Assembly (NCBI RefSeq): GCF_963921235.1
Contig: NC_086097.1
Coordinates: forward strand, 163,308,001-163,372,000
DNA length: 64,000 nucleotides
Direction: 5' to 3'
From: Mobula hypostoma
Lineage: Eukaryota
Shown here: piece after piece, positions 1-15,177 of the stretch
How positions within the stretch are numbered: the first letter of the stretch is position 1
Layout of the letters: each line of letters begins with the position of its first letter
The notes under the pieces: generated by a model
What the model saw: the letters and a program-made list of their open reading frames with translations, nothing else
What the model was told of the DNA's origin: nothing
Databases searched by the model: none
Program-made: the position numbers and the translations under genes

Positions 1-1099
1 TCATACGAGACAGGCAGATGTAATTTAAAAGCTAGGGTCTTATTGCAAAGAAGCATACGGACCAGCAGAACAGTTTATTGTTTTGGTTCAAGGACTGTAG
101 GCCCAGCCACTCCACCCTGCACTTCCTCTTGAATAAACCCTGTCAGATATAGTAACTTAAAATACATCACTGTTGTTCCTTGCTTTGTATTTTCATTATG
201 TCCCTAGTTTGACTTCCTTTCACAGTACAATGTCAATATGTGTTGGTCAGGGCCTTACATTGTTTTACAGGGCACAATGTTTGAGTCAGCGCTTAGTGCT
301 TTCCTGTTTTCTGGCACAGTACTATGTGTTTCGATTCCCTTGACAGTTCAAACCCTTTGAGTACCAAAAAAAAACTCTTCCAGTCTTTGAGAACACCTGC
401 AATCTGACAAACTTTCAAATGAATTTATCATAGATTCATTGCACTATAGAGGCCATCTGGCCCCTCACATTTGTGCTGGCTCTTTGTAGAGCAATCCCAG
501 ATTTATTTAGCTTGATCTGCTCCCTTCTTCTGTACTCCACACACAATTCCAGCAACAGCTGCACTACAAGAAAGTTTTTACTTCATTTGTTTCAGAAATG
601 TTGATGGAAGTAACACTGCTGCTGTTAGATTCACAGGCAACATGGTATCTGCCAGAATCTCTCTACAAGCTCTTTTGCCAGTATTGTAAGCGATAATACG
701 TAGCCACAGAAATTATGTCTGTGAACTGCTAGTAATTATTCCTTTTAAAATAGATCATACCAAGTTTGGTTGGATATTAGAATGGAAATAGTTTCCTCTG
801 ACTCAACTGGAAGGCACACTGTCCATTGAGGACCATAGACAGTGTTAACTATGAGTATACGTGGCTGAGTTGCTGGGTTTGTATTGAGCCAAGTCGGGTA
901 CTACAGTAGAGTCCAAGTTTCTGGGGTAATGACAGAGGGAAATGGCAAACCCACAGGTCTTTCTTTGATTGGTATTCAGTAATTAATGCCAGAAAATGCT
1001 CAACTATTGGCACTCAGGTTAGGATCTAGGTCAAAGGAGTGCTTTAAAGTTCCACTGTGAAGAATACCTTGGATTGTAGGAGAAATGGGCATACCTTTA

Positions 1100-4000
1100 A
1101 GCTGAGATGAAGAGGGTTTTTTTCAGCCCTGTGAAATTTGTTGCCACAGAGGGCTTTGGAGGCCAAGTCATTAGGGTGTATTAAGTCAGAGGTGTTTTTT
1201 AAATATATTTTAGAGATGTACAGTAGCACAGTGACAGGCCCTTCCAGCCTTTCACACCAGCCAGTTACACCCAAGTGACCAGTTAACGTGCTAACCTGTA
1301 ACTTTTCCTCCCTGCTAAACTTAAGAGGTTCTGAAGAGGCATTTATACACATAGGTAGGCAGGGACCTAAGGGATATAGACCAGGCGTAGGTAGATGTGC
1401 AGTTTAAATTGACGTTATAGTCGGCACAGACAATGTGGCCAAAGGATCTTTTCCTATGCTGTAATTTTCCTATATTCAAAATCATAGTTCTCAATGGAGA
1501 CCATGTCTGGCAATTCCTAACTTAAACTTCTTTCACCAATGATTAACTAGAAGACCCCAGATATCATGCAATAATCTCTTCCATCCACCTTCACAGCCTT
1601 TTCTGCATAGATCAGAATACTTAGTTCAATCCTGAAGTGCTTTGCTCAGATTATTTTCAGTCGTCTGTTATTTATCCTGATGTATCTCGTGAGAACATAA
1701 AATTTAGAGTCATAGAGTACTACAGCACAGGAACTGGGCCAAAGGTTTCTTTGGAATCCTCTAGGCAGGAATCTTCTGCCTACTCTTACTTACCTGCACC
1801 CTGGACCATATCCCTCCAAACCCCTCTCATCCATTTGCCTATCTGTACTGTTCTCTCTTCTATGACACTCAAACTCTATCACCTTAATCTTAGACATACT
1901 AATTTACTGGCAGTCCATGAATAAGTTAAGAATAAAAAAAGTCAGTTAGATTATATTCTTCCTCCACTGAATACGACATTTGGAAAAAGCAAATTGCTAT
2001 GAATGTTCAGAGTTTGAAATCCAAAGGGAGAAAGGGAGGGAGAAAATAACCAATTCTATGTGAAGATATCTTGCCTGAATGCTGTGCTGTAGTCTTGCTT
2101 TTGTCCTGGAAAGTGATGTTACAGGGAGCTGTGAATAATTGCAGGATGAGCTCCTCAGGCATTATATTTCTAGTGAAATCACCAATGCCTGCATTTGGAG
2201 ATATTTGGGATTTCAATAGAACTGATGACAAAAGGAAGTATTCTTTTACCTGTTGGCAGTATTGGTCTTCCAGCCTTGAAATTGTTTTGTTTTTGACTGT
2301 ACAAATGATTCTGAGATTTTTTTTACCTGATTGAGGCTGCCAAGGGCACGTGTGGAAGGAGAATGAACCATTACAGTTTGTTGCCCGCTCTTAACTTAAT
2401 TGATGAACTTACAAGTTGATTAGACAGAGATGAGAAGATGATGAACATGTCCAGTAGCTGGGGAGATGCACACAGCTACTTCCCCTTTCTATGAATTGAA
2501 ATCACATACCACTGAGCTGCTCAGAAGTGTGATTGTTGGTCTGAAGCTGTGTAACAAGTAGCTAATTAGTCTGCATCCAATGTTCAGTGTGCAGTCTATC
2601 TCTAGCAGTCAGTGCACCGCCACTGATCTTCTTAAACACAGATATTCCTGTTGCTTACAGCCAGTGTTTTAGGTCAAGTATGAGGGCTCATTCCAAAGGC
2701 AATGTCAGACCCTCCACCTGCTTCTGTACTTTGTCCCATGCTGGCTCTGAATTTAGAGTGAGCGAGCTTTTTGAAGCCCTAGCCTTTGAACTTTGAGTTT
2801 AATTTCTTCTCTCACCAGAGGATATATTTAAACATTTCATGATAAAAAATAGGTGGCAAGGGAGTGAATATAAGGGCATAATCTAATTTGTTTCAGCCAA
2901 TGTGATTAAATGTGAACTAGGGCATAGCACATGTGATCTGCAAATATCATCTAAATATCAAAACTGAAATTCAATCTTGTATATAATCTGTATAAATTTT
3001 AACATTTATTTGTCTTTTGACCACCTTTAGAGTGATTGAGTTGTATGGTAAAGAAGCATGTCCTTTGGCCCTCCTCACTCCTGCCGACCTTTTTGCTCAT
3101 TGACACTAATCCCAATTGCCTGTGATGGGTCTATATCCTTCTAGGCCTTGCCTAAATGAGTACTTGTCTATATGCCGCTAAAATGTAGGAATTGTATGTG
3201 ATCCCACCTCCTCTGACAACACATTCCAGATAACAACCACACTCTATGTAAAAAGAGTTAACCCATGAGATCCTCTTTGGATCTCCCACCCTTCACGTCA
3301 AACTCTGTCCTCCTGTTTTTGATAACCCTAGCATGAGAAAATATTTTAACTATCTGTCCCATATATGCCTCTCATAATCTTATAGACTTTGGCTAATAAT
3401 GTTGGTTTACTCTGACAGAATGGTGTACGGGACTGTGAGTTTTATTCATTACTGAGGCATTTGGCTTGTGGGATAAATCCCACAAGCCAGTTATTGTAGA
3501 ATGTGAGTATTCGGCTACAGCTGTTTGGCAGCTGTGTGGTCAATGGCTTGTAGACCAGAATGCGTACGTTTATAGCCTAAGTGTGCCTAATAATACAAGC
3601 AGCAGATCTTCCTGTATTTAAAGCATATAAGCAACGTGTTCAGTCAGACCTTAATAAAACTGTGGGTTTAAGGATTATATGCGATTTTATTACTAATATT
3701 TGCATTACTGTTTAAATAGTGTGGACATACAGGGAAAATAGTAGAAAACAGGGAGAGCTAAGGACTGAAGGTGCAAGTAAAGTAAATAAAATGTTTCACA
3801 GTAAAATATTGTACCCTATATATCAGGACATTAAGCAACAGAGCAATAACAACTGTACGTAAAGCAAAGCCATGGTAAAAGGAACAGTGTTCAGCCTTGG
3901 GTGGCCCATTAGAGAAAGTATTAATACCATGGGAAATGCTTGGCTAAGATCACCAGGTCGAAAGGAGAGATTAAGAGACTGCAGTCACAAGGAAAGACCT

Positions 4001-6170
4001 GATATACGGATGTAGTTTCCACTGGAGCAAAGAAGATTAAGGAGAGATTTAATAAAGATTTTTAAAATTATGCAGAATTTTTACAGGATTAACTGGAGAA
4101 AGGTATTTTGTGTGCTTAAGAAATTTGAAAGATTATCATTTTAAAAGTTGTGTTGGAGCTTTGAGTGCTTTGTTCTAGTTGAGGCAGGCATGTTGGATCT
4201 TTTAAGGGAAAGGCAGATTACAAAGAAAAACAAGTAAATATTCAAGACTACAGAGAGTCCACTTGTTTAGTTATGGCTTCTGCAAAGAGCAAACAAAGGC
4301 TCATTAGGCTGAATGGCCCCCGTGCTATAAGCTTCTGTGTTGTAATCATGGATTTTTGTTTTTATACTGTACTTAGGCAAAGTTTCCTGACCAGTATCAG
4401 GAGGATTGGTGTAAGTTGCAATGTGATTTTGATCAGTATTTTCTGGTCGATTGGGGGAACATAGATGTTGGCATGAATAACCTTGGTTCCTGAGGTGAAA
4501 GCACTTCCATGATGTTGCTGGATAGCGAGGTTCAAGATAGTGGAATGATGTATAAAGCAGGGTAGTGTGCAGTTTGCAGGGCAATCTGTGACAATCCCAT
4601 ATGACTGCTGTTCTGTTCTTATCAAGTAGTAGAGCTTATCGGTATGGAGACTGTTGATAAAGAAGCTTTTTTTGCTATTGCGAGTTGGTGTAGAAAGTTT
4701 AGAGTTGGTACAATTAGCAACCCATCACAAATAATACTTACAGTTTGCACCAAGAGAAAACCAGACTTCTACTCTTTCATTGTGAGACCAGTTCTTTATC
4801 TAACAGTATATCCTGCAACAGAGAGCTCCCTCTTACAGCTACTAATACACCAACACAGCCCTTTACAATTGCCTGAATTATTGGCTACTTTTTTCTTGGA
4901 AGCATTGTCTTTTTTTTCTAATTCTGAGTTGTGAAGTAAAGACACTGGCACGCATCAAAGTCATTTGCTCCAAGTTTTCTGTGCAGTTGGCTGATTCTGA
5001 AAAATTGTGATTTCATATGGAATTATCAAAGTTTTTATGACTTGGCTTCCACACAGAGTTTCTGATCGGCATATTGTTTTCTACAGTGCTTTAGTTTCTA
5101 TCCCTTGAAGTTTGGGTAGCAGAATGGCGCAGTGGTTCATGGTGCTGTCTCACAGCTCCAGGAGTCTGGGTTCAATCCTGACCTTGTTTGGATGCTATAC
5201 TTTTCCCTTTGGATTTTCCCTGAATCCTCAGGTTTCCTTCCACATCCTAAAGGATGTGCTGCTACAGTTACATCTTACTGTGGGTGACTAGCAAAAAGAC
5301 TTGAAGCTGAGTTGATGGTTATGCGTGAGAGAGAATCGGTTGCAGAGGTACAGGGAAATAAGGAGATAGTGTGTGGGACTTCTGTGGTCGCTGCTTCTGG
5401 GAGCTGGCGTGGAATCGTATAATCTTCTTCTGCATGCTATCAGATTCTGCCTGTTTCAAGGCACTGACATCTACCATAGATCAGTCATGACACAATTGAG
5501 AGATGCCAACTAGTAAGAAAATATTGATCAGACTGGGAATTGCTTCTCTGGAGGAGTGAAGATTCAGAGGTGACTGGATGAGATTCCTTGTAATTCCAAT
5601 TGGGTTGGTAGACTAGACCTGTGATGTGATCAGCTGTGACCTGGAGTGTTTTTTTTAAACAGTCAGTGTACTTAGTTTGCTCATTGAAAATGCACTTGAC
5701 AGAGAGCTATGTTCCAGAATATAGATTCACATTGCCTCACTGTCAGATGACAGACATAGAACAGTTTTTACATGAGAGTGGGAAGTCAGTTGTGTATGTG
5801 TTGCCATGTAGTTTGTCCAGAGCTGCAAGTGAAGCCCTCTGTGGTCTCTGCTGCCTTGTGATATACAGGTAGGGACGGAGGATAGAGAGACTGTAAGTGT
5901 CAATTAATACAATGTGGTCAATAATAAAAATGGAGAGGAAATCACGAGGAACTTCTTTTCCCAGAGAATGGTTAGAATGTGGCTCACCATCCATGGAATC
6001 ACTGATACAAATACATTTAATGGGAAGCTGAATAAGTACATGAGGATGAAAGGAATGGAAAATAGTATGGATAGGAAGAGAAAAAATTAGTAGAAGAGGA
6101 GGAAGCGTTTGTGGAATCCAACACCTGTTTAGACTGCTGGCTCAATGCCTTGGTTCTGTTATAAATTATG
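1100..6170. repeat. Scattered old CR1 3' fragments (e.g. 1100-1480, 3030-3390 minus, 3940-4350, 5480-6170); similar fragments at 33350-33760, 58080-58680, 61210-62040 and 63790-64000
   Basis: Diverged matches to the 3' end of the CR1 at 32300-32800 (e.g. GTGAAATTTGTTGCCACAGAGGGC...GGCCAAGTCATT). Confidence 0.6.
5115..5430 (+). mobile_element. tRNA-derived SINE (HE1-like)
   Basis: A box TGGCGCAGTGG at ~5124, B box GGTTCAATCC at ~5169, followed by GGTTTCCTTCCACATCCTAAAG. Related copies at ~25770-26070, 42340-42490 (minus) and 48305-48450. Confidence 0.7.
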
Positions 6171-6724
6171 TGTGAGAGGCATGGATTATACAAGGCATTG
6201 GGCCAAATTGGTAATTTGTAAATCAGCATGATAAATACTGGTGGGTTGTTCAACTATGGGAGCATCATCATTCACACTGTCCTTCTTAACCAACAAGGAA
6301 AGTAACCAACCATGACTCCAGCTTAGATTTGTTAACTTGAGATTGACCGAGCCTGGGACATTGCTTGGTACTAAGGTAGCAGGTGCCCTGAACTAATAAG
6401 GGAGAAAGGCAAAAGCGACTTTGCTAGCAAGTGTTGTAAGCCAGTAAATGCTCAGCTCATAAACTGAACATCCCATTCAATGAGATTGGTGATTTTGGCA
6501 GGGCACCAAGCATGGGGCTGGAGATCTGTTTCCCAATGTACAGTACTCCTCACTCGCTTACCTTTTCATTGGGTTCAATAATTTTCAGCACAGTTGATAT
6601 GTTGTACCCATTTTGTGCTCCTACTGGATCTCAATTTTACTTCCATGTTATTAAATCAAAGCTCCTTTTATTTTTACAGTATTTTTATTAGATAAGATTT
6701 GATTACTCACTGTTGCCATCAACT

Positions 6725-7047
6725 GGGAGCTACAGAAGCCTGAAGGCACACACTCAGCGATTCAGGAACAGCTTCTTCCCCTCTGCCATCCGATTCCTAA
6801 ATGGACATTGAAGCTTTGGACACTACCTCACTTCTTTTAATATATAGTATTTCTGTTTTTGCACATTTTAAAAAATCTATTCAAAATTACGTAATTGATT
6901 TACTTGTTTATTTTATTATTATTGCTATTTTTAATTTTATTTATTATTTTTTTTCTCTGCTAGGTTATGTTTGAATTGAACTGCTGCTGCTAAGTTAACA
7001 AATTTCACGTCACATGCTGGTGATAATAAACCTGATTCTGATTCTGA
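6725..7047 (+). mobile_element. Rex1/Babar LINE 3' fragment
   Basis: YRSLKAHTQRFRNSFFPSAIRFLN followed by a 3' UTR and the tail AATAAACCTGATTCTGATTCTGA. Confidence 0.8.
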
Positions 7048-7425
7048 CTTAGGTCAAATTGATTACTTGTCTGCAATGGATACCAAATCTGCCATTGATT
7101 GTTCCATTCATAATTATGCCAATAATTTTATTCTTCATCTAAACAGGAGCAAGTAGAACATACAACACAGGAACAGGCCCGTCAGCCCTTGAGGTTTGGG
7201 CAGACTGTAATTCCAATTCAACTAATCCCATTTACCTGCCAAGCTTCATATCTACTTATTATTGCCCGTTCATGTGTCTGTGTTAGTGCTTCTGATATGT
7301 TTCCATTGTATCTGCTTCTATCATTTCCCTGGAAGTGCATTCCAGGCACCCACTGTGTTAATCACTTGCCTCATAAATATTGTTTAGACTTTCCCCCTCA
7401 TCCTACACCAATGCCCGATAGTATT

Positions 7426-7580
7426 TCATAGTCATAGTCATAGTCATAGTCATAGTCATACTTTATTGATCCCGGGGGAAATTGGTTTTCGTTATAGTTG
7501 CACCATAAATAATAAATAGTAATAGAACCATAAATAGTTAAATAGTAATATGTAAATTATGCCAGTAAATTATGAAATAA
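7426..7580 (-). repeat. (CATAGT)n microsatellite tail of a short LINE 3' fragment inserted in an older CR1 remnant
   Basis: (CATAGT)5-6 followed by ACTTTATT, which is AATAAA on the minus strand. Confidence 0.7.
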
Positions 7581-8034
7581 GCATCACACTTTGGAAAAGA
7601 ACTCTGTCCATCTACCCTATCTACATGTCTCTCGCAGTTTTATATACTGTGCGTCAGTCAACCATAGTGTCCTTCCCTCCAGAGAAAACAACCCAAGACT
7701 GTCCAAATCCTCCTAACAGCTAATACTCTAATCGAGGTAACGTCTTGATGAACTTGTTCTGCACCCTCTCAAAAAGCCTCCATATCCTTCCTGCAATACG
7801 ATGACCAGAACTTCACACAATACTACGAAAGGAACTTTATCCACATTGCGTCTTTCAGTAAAAGCAATCAATCTACCTCAGGAGAGATTTCAGAACAAAA
7901 CCTGCACTGAGCCATGTGGTAGGTGAAGACATCTGATGAAAAATTTGTTCAGAAAGGTAGGTATTAAGGATTGTCTTAGATTGAGAGAGTAAGGGAGAGA
8001 GGCGGATTCTTGACCATGGTGTTGTGTGAAATGA

Positions 8035-11000
8035 AGAGTCGTGGAACACTGCAGCACAGAAACAGGCTCTTCGGCCCATCCAGTCTGTGCCAAACCATTA
8101 ATCTGCCTAGTCCCATCAATTTGCACCTGAATCATAGCCCTCCATACCCCTCTCATCCACGTACCTATCCAATTTCCTCTTAAATTTTAAATTGACCCTC
8201 ATCCGCCACTTGTATTGGCAGATTGTTCCACACTCTCACCAAGCTCTGAGTGAAGAAATTCTCCTTCATATTCTCCTAAACCCATGGCCTCGAGTTGTAG
8301 TGTCACCCAACCTCAGTGGAAAAAGCCTGCTTGCATTTACCTTACCGGCACCCCTCATCATTTTCTGTACCTCTGTCAAATCTCCCCTCAGTCTTTTATA
8401 TTCAAGGGAATGAAGTCATAGCATATTCAATCTTTCCCAATAACTCAAGTCCTCAATTCCGTGCAACATCCTTGTAAATTTTCTCTGACTCTTTTCACCT
8501 TGTTTATATCTTTCCTGTAGGTACGTGGCCAAAACTGCACACAATACTCCAAATTAGGCCTCACCAACATCTTACACAATTTCAACATAACATCCCATCT
8601 CCTGTACTCAGTACATCGATTTATGAAGGCCAACGTGCCAAATGTTTTCTTTAAGACCCTATCTAAACTTTCACAGAACTCTGTATCTGTGTTCCCACAT
8701 TCCTCTGTTCTACCGCACTCCTATAGCTTACTGGGTAAGACCTTCCCTGCTTGGTCCTCCCAAAGTGCAACACCTTGCAGTGGTCTGCATTAAATTCCAT
8801 CTGCCATTTTTCAGCCCATTTTCCCAGCAGGTCCAGAACCCGCTGCAAGTTCTGATAGTTTTCCTCACTATCCACTGTGCCCCAAATCTTGGTGTCATCC
8901 ATAAATTTGCTGATTCAGTTTACCACATTATCATTTAGACCATTGATATATATATTCAAACAGCAATGGTCCAGTCAGAGAGGCAATCATCTACAACCAC
9001 TCTTTGGCTTTTTCTGTGAAGCCAATGTTTAATCCAATTTACTACCTCATTTTGAGTGTCACGTGGCTGAAACTTCTTGACTAATCTCTCATGCAGGACC
9101 TTGTCAAAGACCTTGCTGAATTCCATGTAGACAACATCTACTGCCTTGTCTTCATCGACATTCATGGTAATGTTCTTGAGAAACTCTTAAGATTGGTTAG
9201 ACATGACTTACCATACACAAAGCCAAGTTGATTATCCCTAATCAGCCCCTGTCTATCCAAGTACTCATATAGAATTCCTTCCAATAACTTGCCCACTACT
9301 GATGTCATGCTCACTGGCCTATAATTTCCTGGCTTATGCTTAGAGCCCTTCTTAAACAATGGAACAACATTAGCTATCCTCCGGTCCTCCGGCACCTGAC
9401 CCATAGTTAAGGATGTTTTAAATATCTCTGCTAGGGCTCCTGCAATTTCTACATTAGCTTCCCACAGGGTCTGAGGGAACACCTTGTCAGGCCCTGGAGA
9501 TTTATCCACCCTAATCTGCCTCAAGGCAGCAATACGTCCTCTGTAATCTGTATAGGGTCCATGACCTCGCTGCTGCATTGGCTCACGTCAATAGACTCCG
9601 TATCCATCTCCCAAGTAAATAAAGATGCAAAAAATTGATTTAAGATAGCCCCACACATAGATTATCACTCTGATCTTCCAGAGGACCAATTTTGTCCCTT
9701 GCTATCTTTTTGCTCTTAATGTATCTTTGTAAGCTTCGTCACCTTATCTGCCAGAGCAACCTGCTGTCTTCTTGTCGCCCCCCCCCTCCGATTTCCTCGA
9801 GTGTTCCCTTTCATTTCTTATATTCCTCAGGTGCCTCATTTGTTTCTGTCTGTCTAAACCTGCTATGTCCCTCTTTCTTTTTCTTAACCAGGGCCTCAAT
9901 ATCTCTCAAAAACCAAGGTTCCATAGACCTGTTAACCTTTCCTTTTATTCTTACAGGAACATACAACTCTGGACTCTCAAATTTTCACTTTTGAAGGCCT
10001 TCCACTTAAACGTACACCTTTGCCAGAAAACAACCTGTCTCAATCTACAGTTTCCAGATCCTTTCTGATGCTATCAAAACTGGCCTTTCTCCAGTGTAGA
10101 ACCTCAAGACGAGCACCAAACCTATCCTTTTCCATAATTATCTTGAAACTCATGGTATTATGATCACGTGGTGCTAAGTGTTCCTCTACTCAAACTTCGG
10201 TCACTTGTCTTGTCTCATTCCCAAGTAGGAGAACTAGTATCGTACTATCTCTAGTAGAGTCTTCTATGTACTGATTAAGGAAAGTTTCCTGAACATATTT
10301 GACAAAGTCTTTCCCATCTAGCCCTTTTACAGCATGGGAGTCCCAGTCAATATATAAGAAGTTAAGATCACCTACTATAACAACCTTATGTTTCTTGCAA
10401 CAGTCTGTAATCTCTCTACAAATTTGCTCCTTTCAATACCACAGACTGTTGAGTGGTCTGTAATATAATCCTCTTAATGTGGTCATATCTTTCTCATTCT
10501 TCAGTTTTACCCATAAAGCCTCACTAGATGATGCCACCCTGACAGCTCTGCAGTGACATTTTCCCTGACCACTAATGCCCCCCCTCCCACTTTAATCCCA
10601 CTCTATTGTGTCTAAAACAGTGGAACCCCAGAACATTGAGCTGTCAGTCCTTCTCTCCTGCAACCAGATGTCCCTAATGGCTACAATAATTCTGTGTGCT
10701 GATCCATGCTGTAAGCTCATCTGCCTTTCCTACAATACTCGTTGCATTGAAATATACGTAGCTCAGAACATTAGTCCCACCACGCTCAACTATTTCATTC
10801 CTGATTTGTGTGTAGGCTTAGCAACAGCTTTCTGCACAACCACTCTACTATCTGTTCTGGTGTTCTGGTTCCCATCCCCTGCAACTCTACTTTAAAACCA
10901 CACCCCCTTGCAGCACTAGCAAACCTTTCCACTAGGGTATTAGCCCCCACTCTATTTCAGGTGCAAACTGTCCCTTCTGTACAGGTCCCACCTTCACTGG

Positions 11001-11420
11001 AGGAGAGTCCAATGATTCAAAAATCTGAACCCCTCTCTTCACCAACTCCTTAGCCATGTGTTAACTGTATGATCTTCTTATTTCTGGCCTCACAAGCATG
11101 TGGCACGGGTAGTAATCTTGAGATCAGAACCCTGCTAAGTCTTTTAACTTAGCACCTAACTCCCTGAGCTCACTTTGCAGGATCTGGACACCCATCCTAC
11201 CCATGTCAGTGGAACCAATGGCTTCTCACCTTCCCATTTAGTATTGCTGTGAACTCTGAGGTGTCCCTGCCATGGCACCCGGAAGGCAACAAATCATCCA
11301 GGAATCTTGTTTTTGTCCACAGAACCTCCTTTCTGTTCCCTTAACCGAAGAATCCCCTATTACTACAGCTCGCCTCTTCTCCCCCCTTCCCTTCTGAGCT
11401 ACAGAGGCAGACTCTATGTC
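8035..11420 (-). mobile_element. CR1-clade LINE, degenerate with internal deletions
   Basis: RT fragments KSPGPD, NYRPVS, SCLTNL, FSKVFDKV, WAEKWQMEFN and RPNLEYCVQFW (ORFs 8445-9578). Endonuclease and ORF1-like remnants at 10050-11400. Confidence 0.9.
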
Positions 11421-14209
11421 AGAGACTTGATAGCTGTGAAGTTAAGGTAACCAACACTGAACCGATTACATTTGGAGATGATTAAGAGACAGGGAAAGCA
11501 CCTATAAGAATTAAAAATCTGGAGCAGATCTTCTAAGCAGACAGCAATGCAGTTATTGAGAAATTTGAAAAAAAAAGTGGGATCTGTAAAATCTTAAGTT
11601 ATTTTAATGGGAGCCATTGTAGATCAGTGAGGACTAGCCAGCCAGTTATGTGCACATTTGACATAATGCCTATAAAATTCTTTTTCTGTACATTCAGAGG
11701 CTCCATTACGTTTTTGTTCCAAAGGTCATAGTGCTGACCCTTGATGGCCTTTGACCTGAGTTTCTCTGCCAACTCCATTTGTAGTTCAATCACAAAGTTG
11801 TGTCCAATTTTAACTGATCACATCAGGAGAGAATGGGATGGCCAGTCCATTTGCCACAGATTATTATTCTCTATCCCATTGACTTCAGTGGGAACTTAAG
11901 CATGTTTGTAATGAGCAAGTACTTGAAAAGGCAATCTTTGGGAATTTTTGCAGTTGATCCAGTGTTTTGTTTCATTTCAAACCTCCAGTACAACCTAGTG
12001 GAAGACACCATAAATAAAATTAAACAAGCTGTGTGTTGTCGTTCTATTATGATTGATTTCCTGTTAACTGACATTTGTAAGTCATTTTTTCTATTATTTG
12101 TTATCTAGGATATTTTCCCTTTGATTAGAATAGATTATTGGCAAGTCTGCAAAGTCCCATATATGTCAAAAGAGAATGTTTAACTCTTGGAATGTAACTG
12201 GGAGCTGAAAGACTTTATCTGTGCATCATACTGCCTACTTGGTTCTGTCTTTAAGAAGTCAATTCCTTTCTTCCGTTGGTCATTTGCAGGAACCTGCCAT
12301 TTGTTGCTTCCACCGATTATTCCTGTTGTTTTCTTCCTCAAGGACAAACTTCACTGGGGCAGTGGCACATGCTTGCATTCAGAGATTTCCCCTTCACCAT
12401 GAAACTATGAAGGCCTTAGTAACTATGACATTATTGGTGTAAGAAAATGTCATAAAAGGGAAGCATATTGGATGTACAAGTGATGTACTGTTTCTGCAAC
12501 AAAGAAAGTATACGCTCTAAAATAAATTTAGAATTCTACATTGAAAATTATTTCAGTGCCTATGTTTATACGCATCATTAAAATGTTGTGTCATGACCCT
12601 TCCCTAAGCTTAACATGAACTCTAGCCCCAACAATATCATTCATTTTCCTTTTCCTGGCTCCTGCCTAGAGGAAGTAATTATCTCTCAACAACAGTAACT
12701 CCCTCAGCATTCTAATGCATTATAATGAAACCCAAATTCTTTTCATCAATGACCCTTTTTCAAGAGTTGAGTGTGATTTGTATTGCTGAATTTTTTTTTT
12801 GCTAAGATAGGTTAGAAAGGAGGCCTTGGAGGGTTATCAGCCTAACATGATGACCCTGTATTCTCTAGAAATGAAACATGTAATTTCCTGGACTCTTTCT
12901 GATGTTAATCAGTGAGAAAAGGTCCAACAGAATGCAGAGATAAAAATCACCCTCAATTCCATTTGCAAGGTGTATGATCCACCAATGATTGTGTCTTTTA
13001 CTCCACTTTCAAAATTTGGTTCTATTGAAGTTAAGGGAACCAAACACTGGAAGAGAAACACAATGAGTATTTGTTCATTTATTAATCAGTTAGCACACTC
13101 ATCAAATGCACATTTCTGTTGCATTTTGTTTGAAGAACTTTCTGTAATGATTGCTTTTCTTTAGTTGGAAAAATATAAGATGGGTGCAGAAGGTAACATC
13201 TTTACTGGAGGTAGGATGATGAGATTATGGATGTGAAAATGTATCAGTGGCAGAGGAGAATGAGAATAAGAAAGCAAGGATGTAACCATACGTAAATTCA
13301 GATTTTGACGTTATCTTTTGGTGCAACTTTACATTTGCTACAAGATAATGAGAGTCCACAGCTACATTGCAGTAACCTATCAGCACTTGCACAAAATCAA
13401 CATAGTATTATATCAGACTGTAGGAGAACTGCAACATTAGTAATTAATATAAAGGAGGGTGTGAAATTGTACATTTGCAATGCATGCTCAGGAGCACTGT
13501 TTAATAGTGACACAAGGATTCGATGTGACTCATACCAATGTTATTGTCAGGACAGGTGTTATTCTTCCACATCCTCTTCCACACTGGTAAACAATCACTT
13601 TTAGTCAATATTTAAACATTTAACCTGCAAAAGCAAGAAATGTTTGCATTTCCCACTAAAGCTGGAAATGGAAAGAAAAGAGATCACAGGCAGTATTCAT
13701 AACCACCTGAGTGAAAACAGGATGTTTTCAAACCCAAGTAATATTGGGAATAGATGCACCTTTGTAGGTAGCGGGACGAGGAAGCCAGGTAAAGTGCCTC
13801 ATGAGCCATTTTCAGGGAGGTGTGTAGTGATGTAATTGACATTGTTACTTTTTTGATAAAGAATCTGATGCTGATTCTAAAAGAGTTTTTTTCCCCCCAA
13901 TGACTCCATTTACAAATGCATTGGTTGGTCTAGCACGGAGATTTGTAACTTACTGTGCATCCAGTGTGCTGATCTTGAGCCTGGTCCAGTCAGCGGGATC
14001 GGAGAGGGAAGGGGTTAATCAAAGACATCAGTGTGTTTTACATCAGGGGTGTGAACACCCCAGTAAGTTGGTGGCGAGCTGGGTTGCAGGGGCCTGTCTT
14101 CACCTTTCCACCTTTTTTATGATCACAAGACACTGATGCATATTAAGAATGTCAAGTACTGCAGGTCTACCCTGTCAGCAAGTTTCTTGATAATGGTGGA
14201 GCTGGACTT

Positions 14210-14687
14210 GTTGGAAAGCATCAGAGGTGGTGCGGGGTCCAACAAGTAGTGCAAATGATTGTCTTGGACATTTTTCTTGTGGTCACAAGACCCTGTTGGA
14301 CATTGGTAATGTAGAATACTGCAGGTCCGGTCCACTGGTTCAGTGGCAAGACCGACGGCATGGCCTCGATGTTTACTCGGCGGAAGACAAGCTGGAATGT
14401 GTTTGTCTGCAGCTGCACTAGCGCGTTGAGGACTGCTGCATTCTTGTTCTTCCGGAGTGTTCCATGCACCGTGAACCTACAGGATGTGACACTCTGGAAC
14501 TTGGGCAATAGTTTTTGTTCTTTGTCTGTCTGTATGTTTTGCTGCAATTGGTATTATATGTGCGAAATGTGCCTTCTGCTGTTGGTGATTGTTGGTAATG
14601 TGTTTCGCACCTTGGCCCTGGGTGAGCGCTGTTTCATTTGGCTGCGTTCATGTGTATTGTTGAATGACAATTAAACTTGAACTTGAA
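14210..14687 (+). mobile_element. Non-coding retroposon with tail TGACAATTAAACTTGAACTTGAA; related copy at ~33770-34190 (minus)
   Basis: Shared ~100-bp 3' end (GCACCTT...GGCTG...TTCATG...GAATGACAATTAAA) between the two loci. Confidence 0.6.
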
Positions 14688-15177
14688 TGTCAGTGCTATC
14701 AATCTGGTAATCCTTGAGAAATCTACATGTGTTGTCTATGCAGGAGGGTTATTCGTGCTTCCCAGAATTAAAGATTAGCTCCTGAGACAGTTTTGGGATG
14801 AACCAATGAGGAACTTCAATGGAGGAGGTGAACTTAAATAGAAAATGTGACCTTTATTGCACTTTGTTTAAAACCTTATATTTATCACATTTCATTCACA
14901 TCATAAATAGTAATAAAGATGGTTTGATGGACAGTGAAGAATCTTCCTACCACATCATGAAGATGTGCTGTGTTGTAAAAATAGGCAGCTAATAGAGGTG
15001 CAACTTAGATGGACCAGTATGAAGGTTCTGATCAAGGGATGTAGCATTTGGGAAGACGTACAACATAAGCAGGTTCCCCTGTGTACAAGAACAGGACACC
15101 CTGCCATCTTTTTCCAATGATTCTTCATTCAACCAAACTGAATCAAAATCAGAATCAACTTTATTATCACTGGCCTA

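Noticed and set aside
760-1020. Possible ancient LF-SINE-like element (GGAAATGGCAAACC motif)
   Set aside because: Only one short motif matches, which is not enough to name a family.
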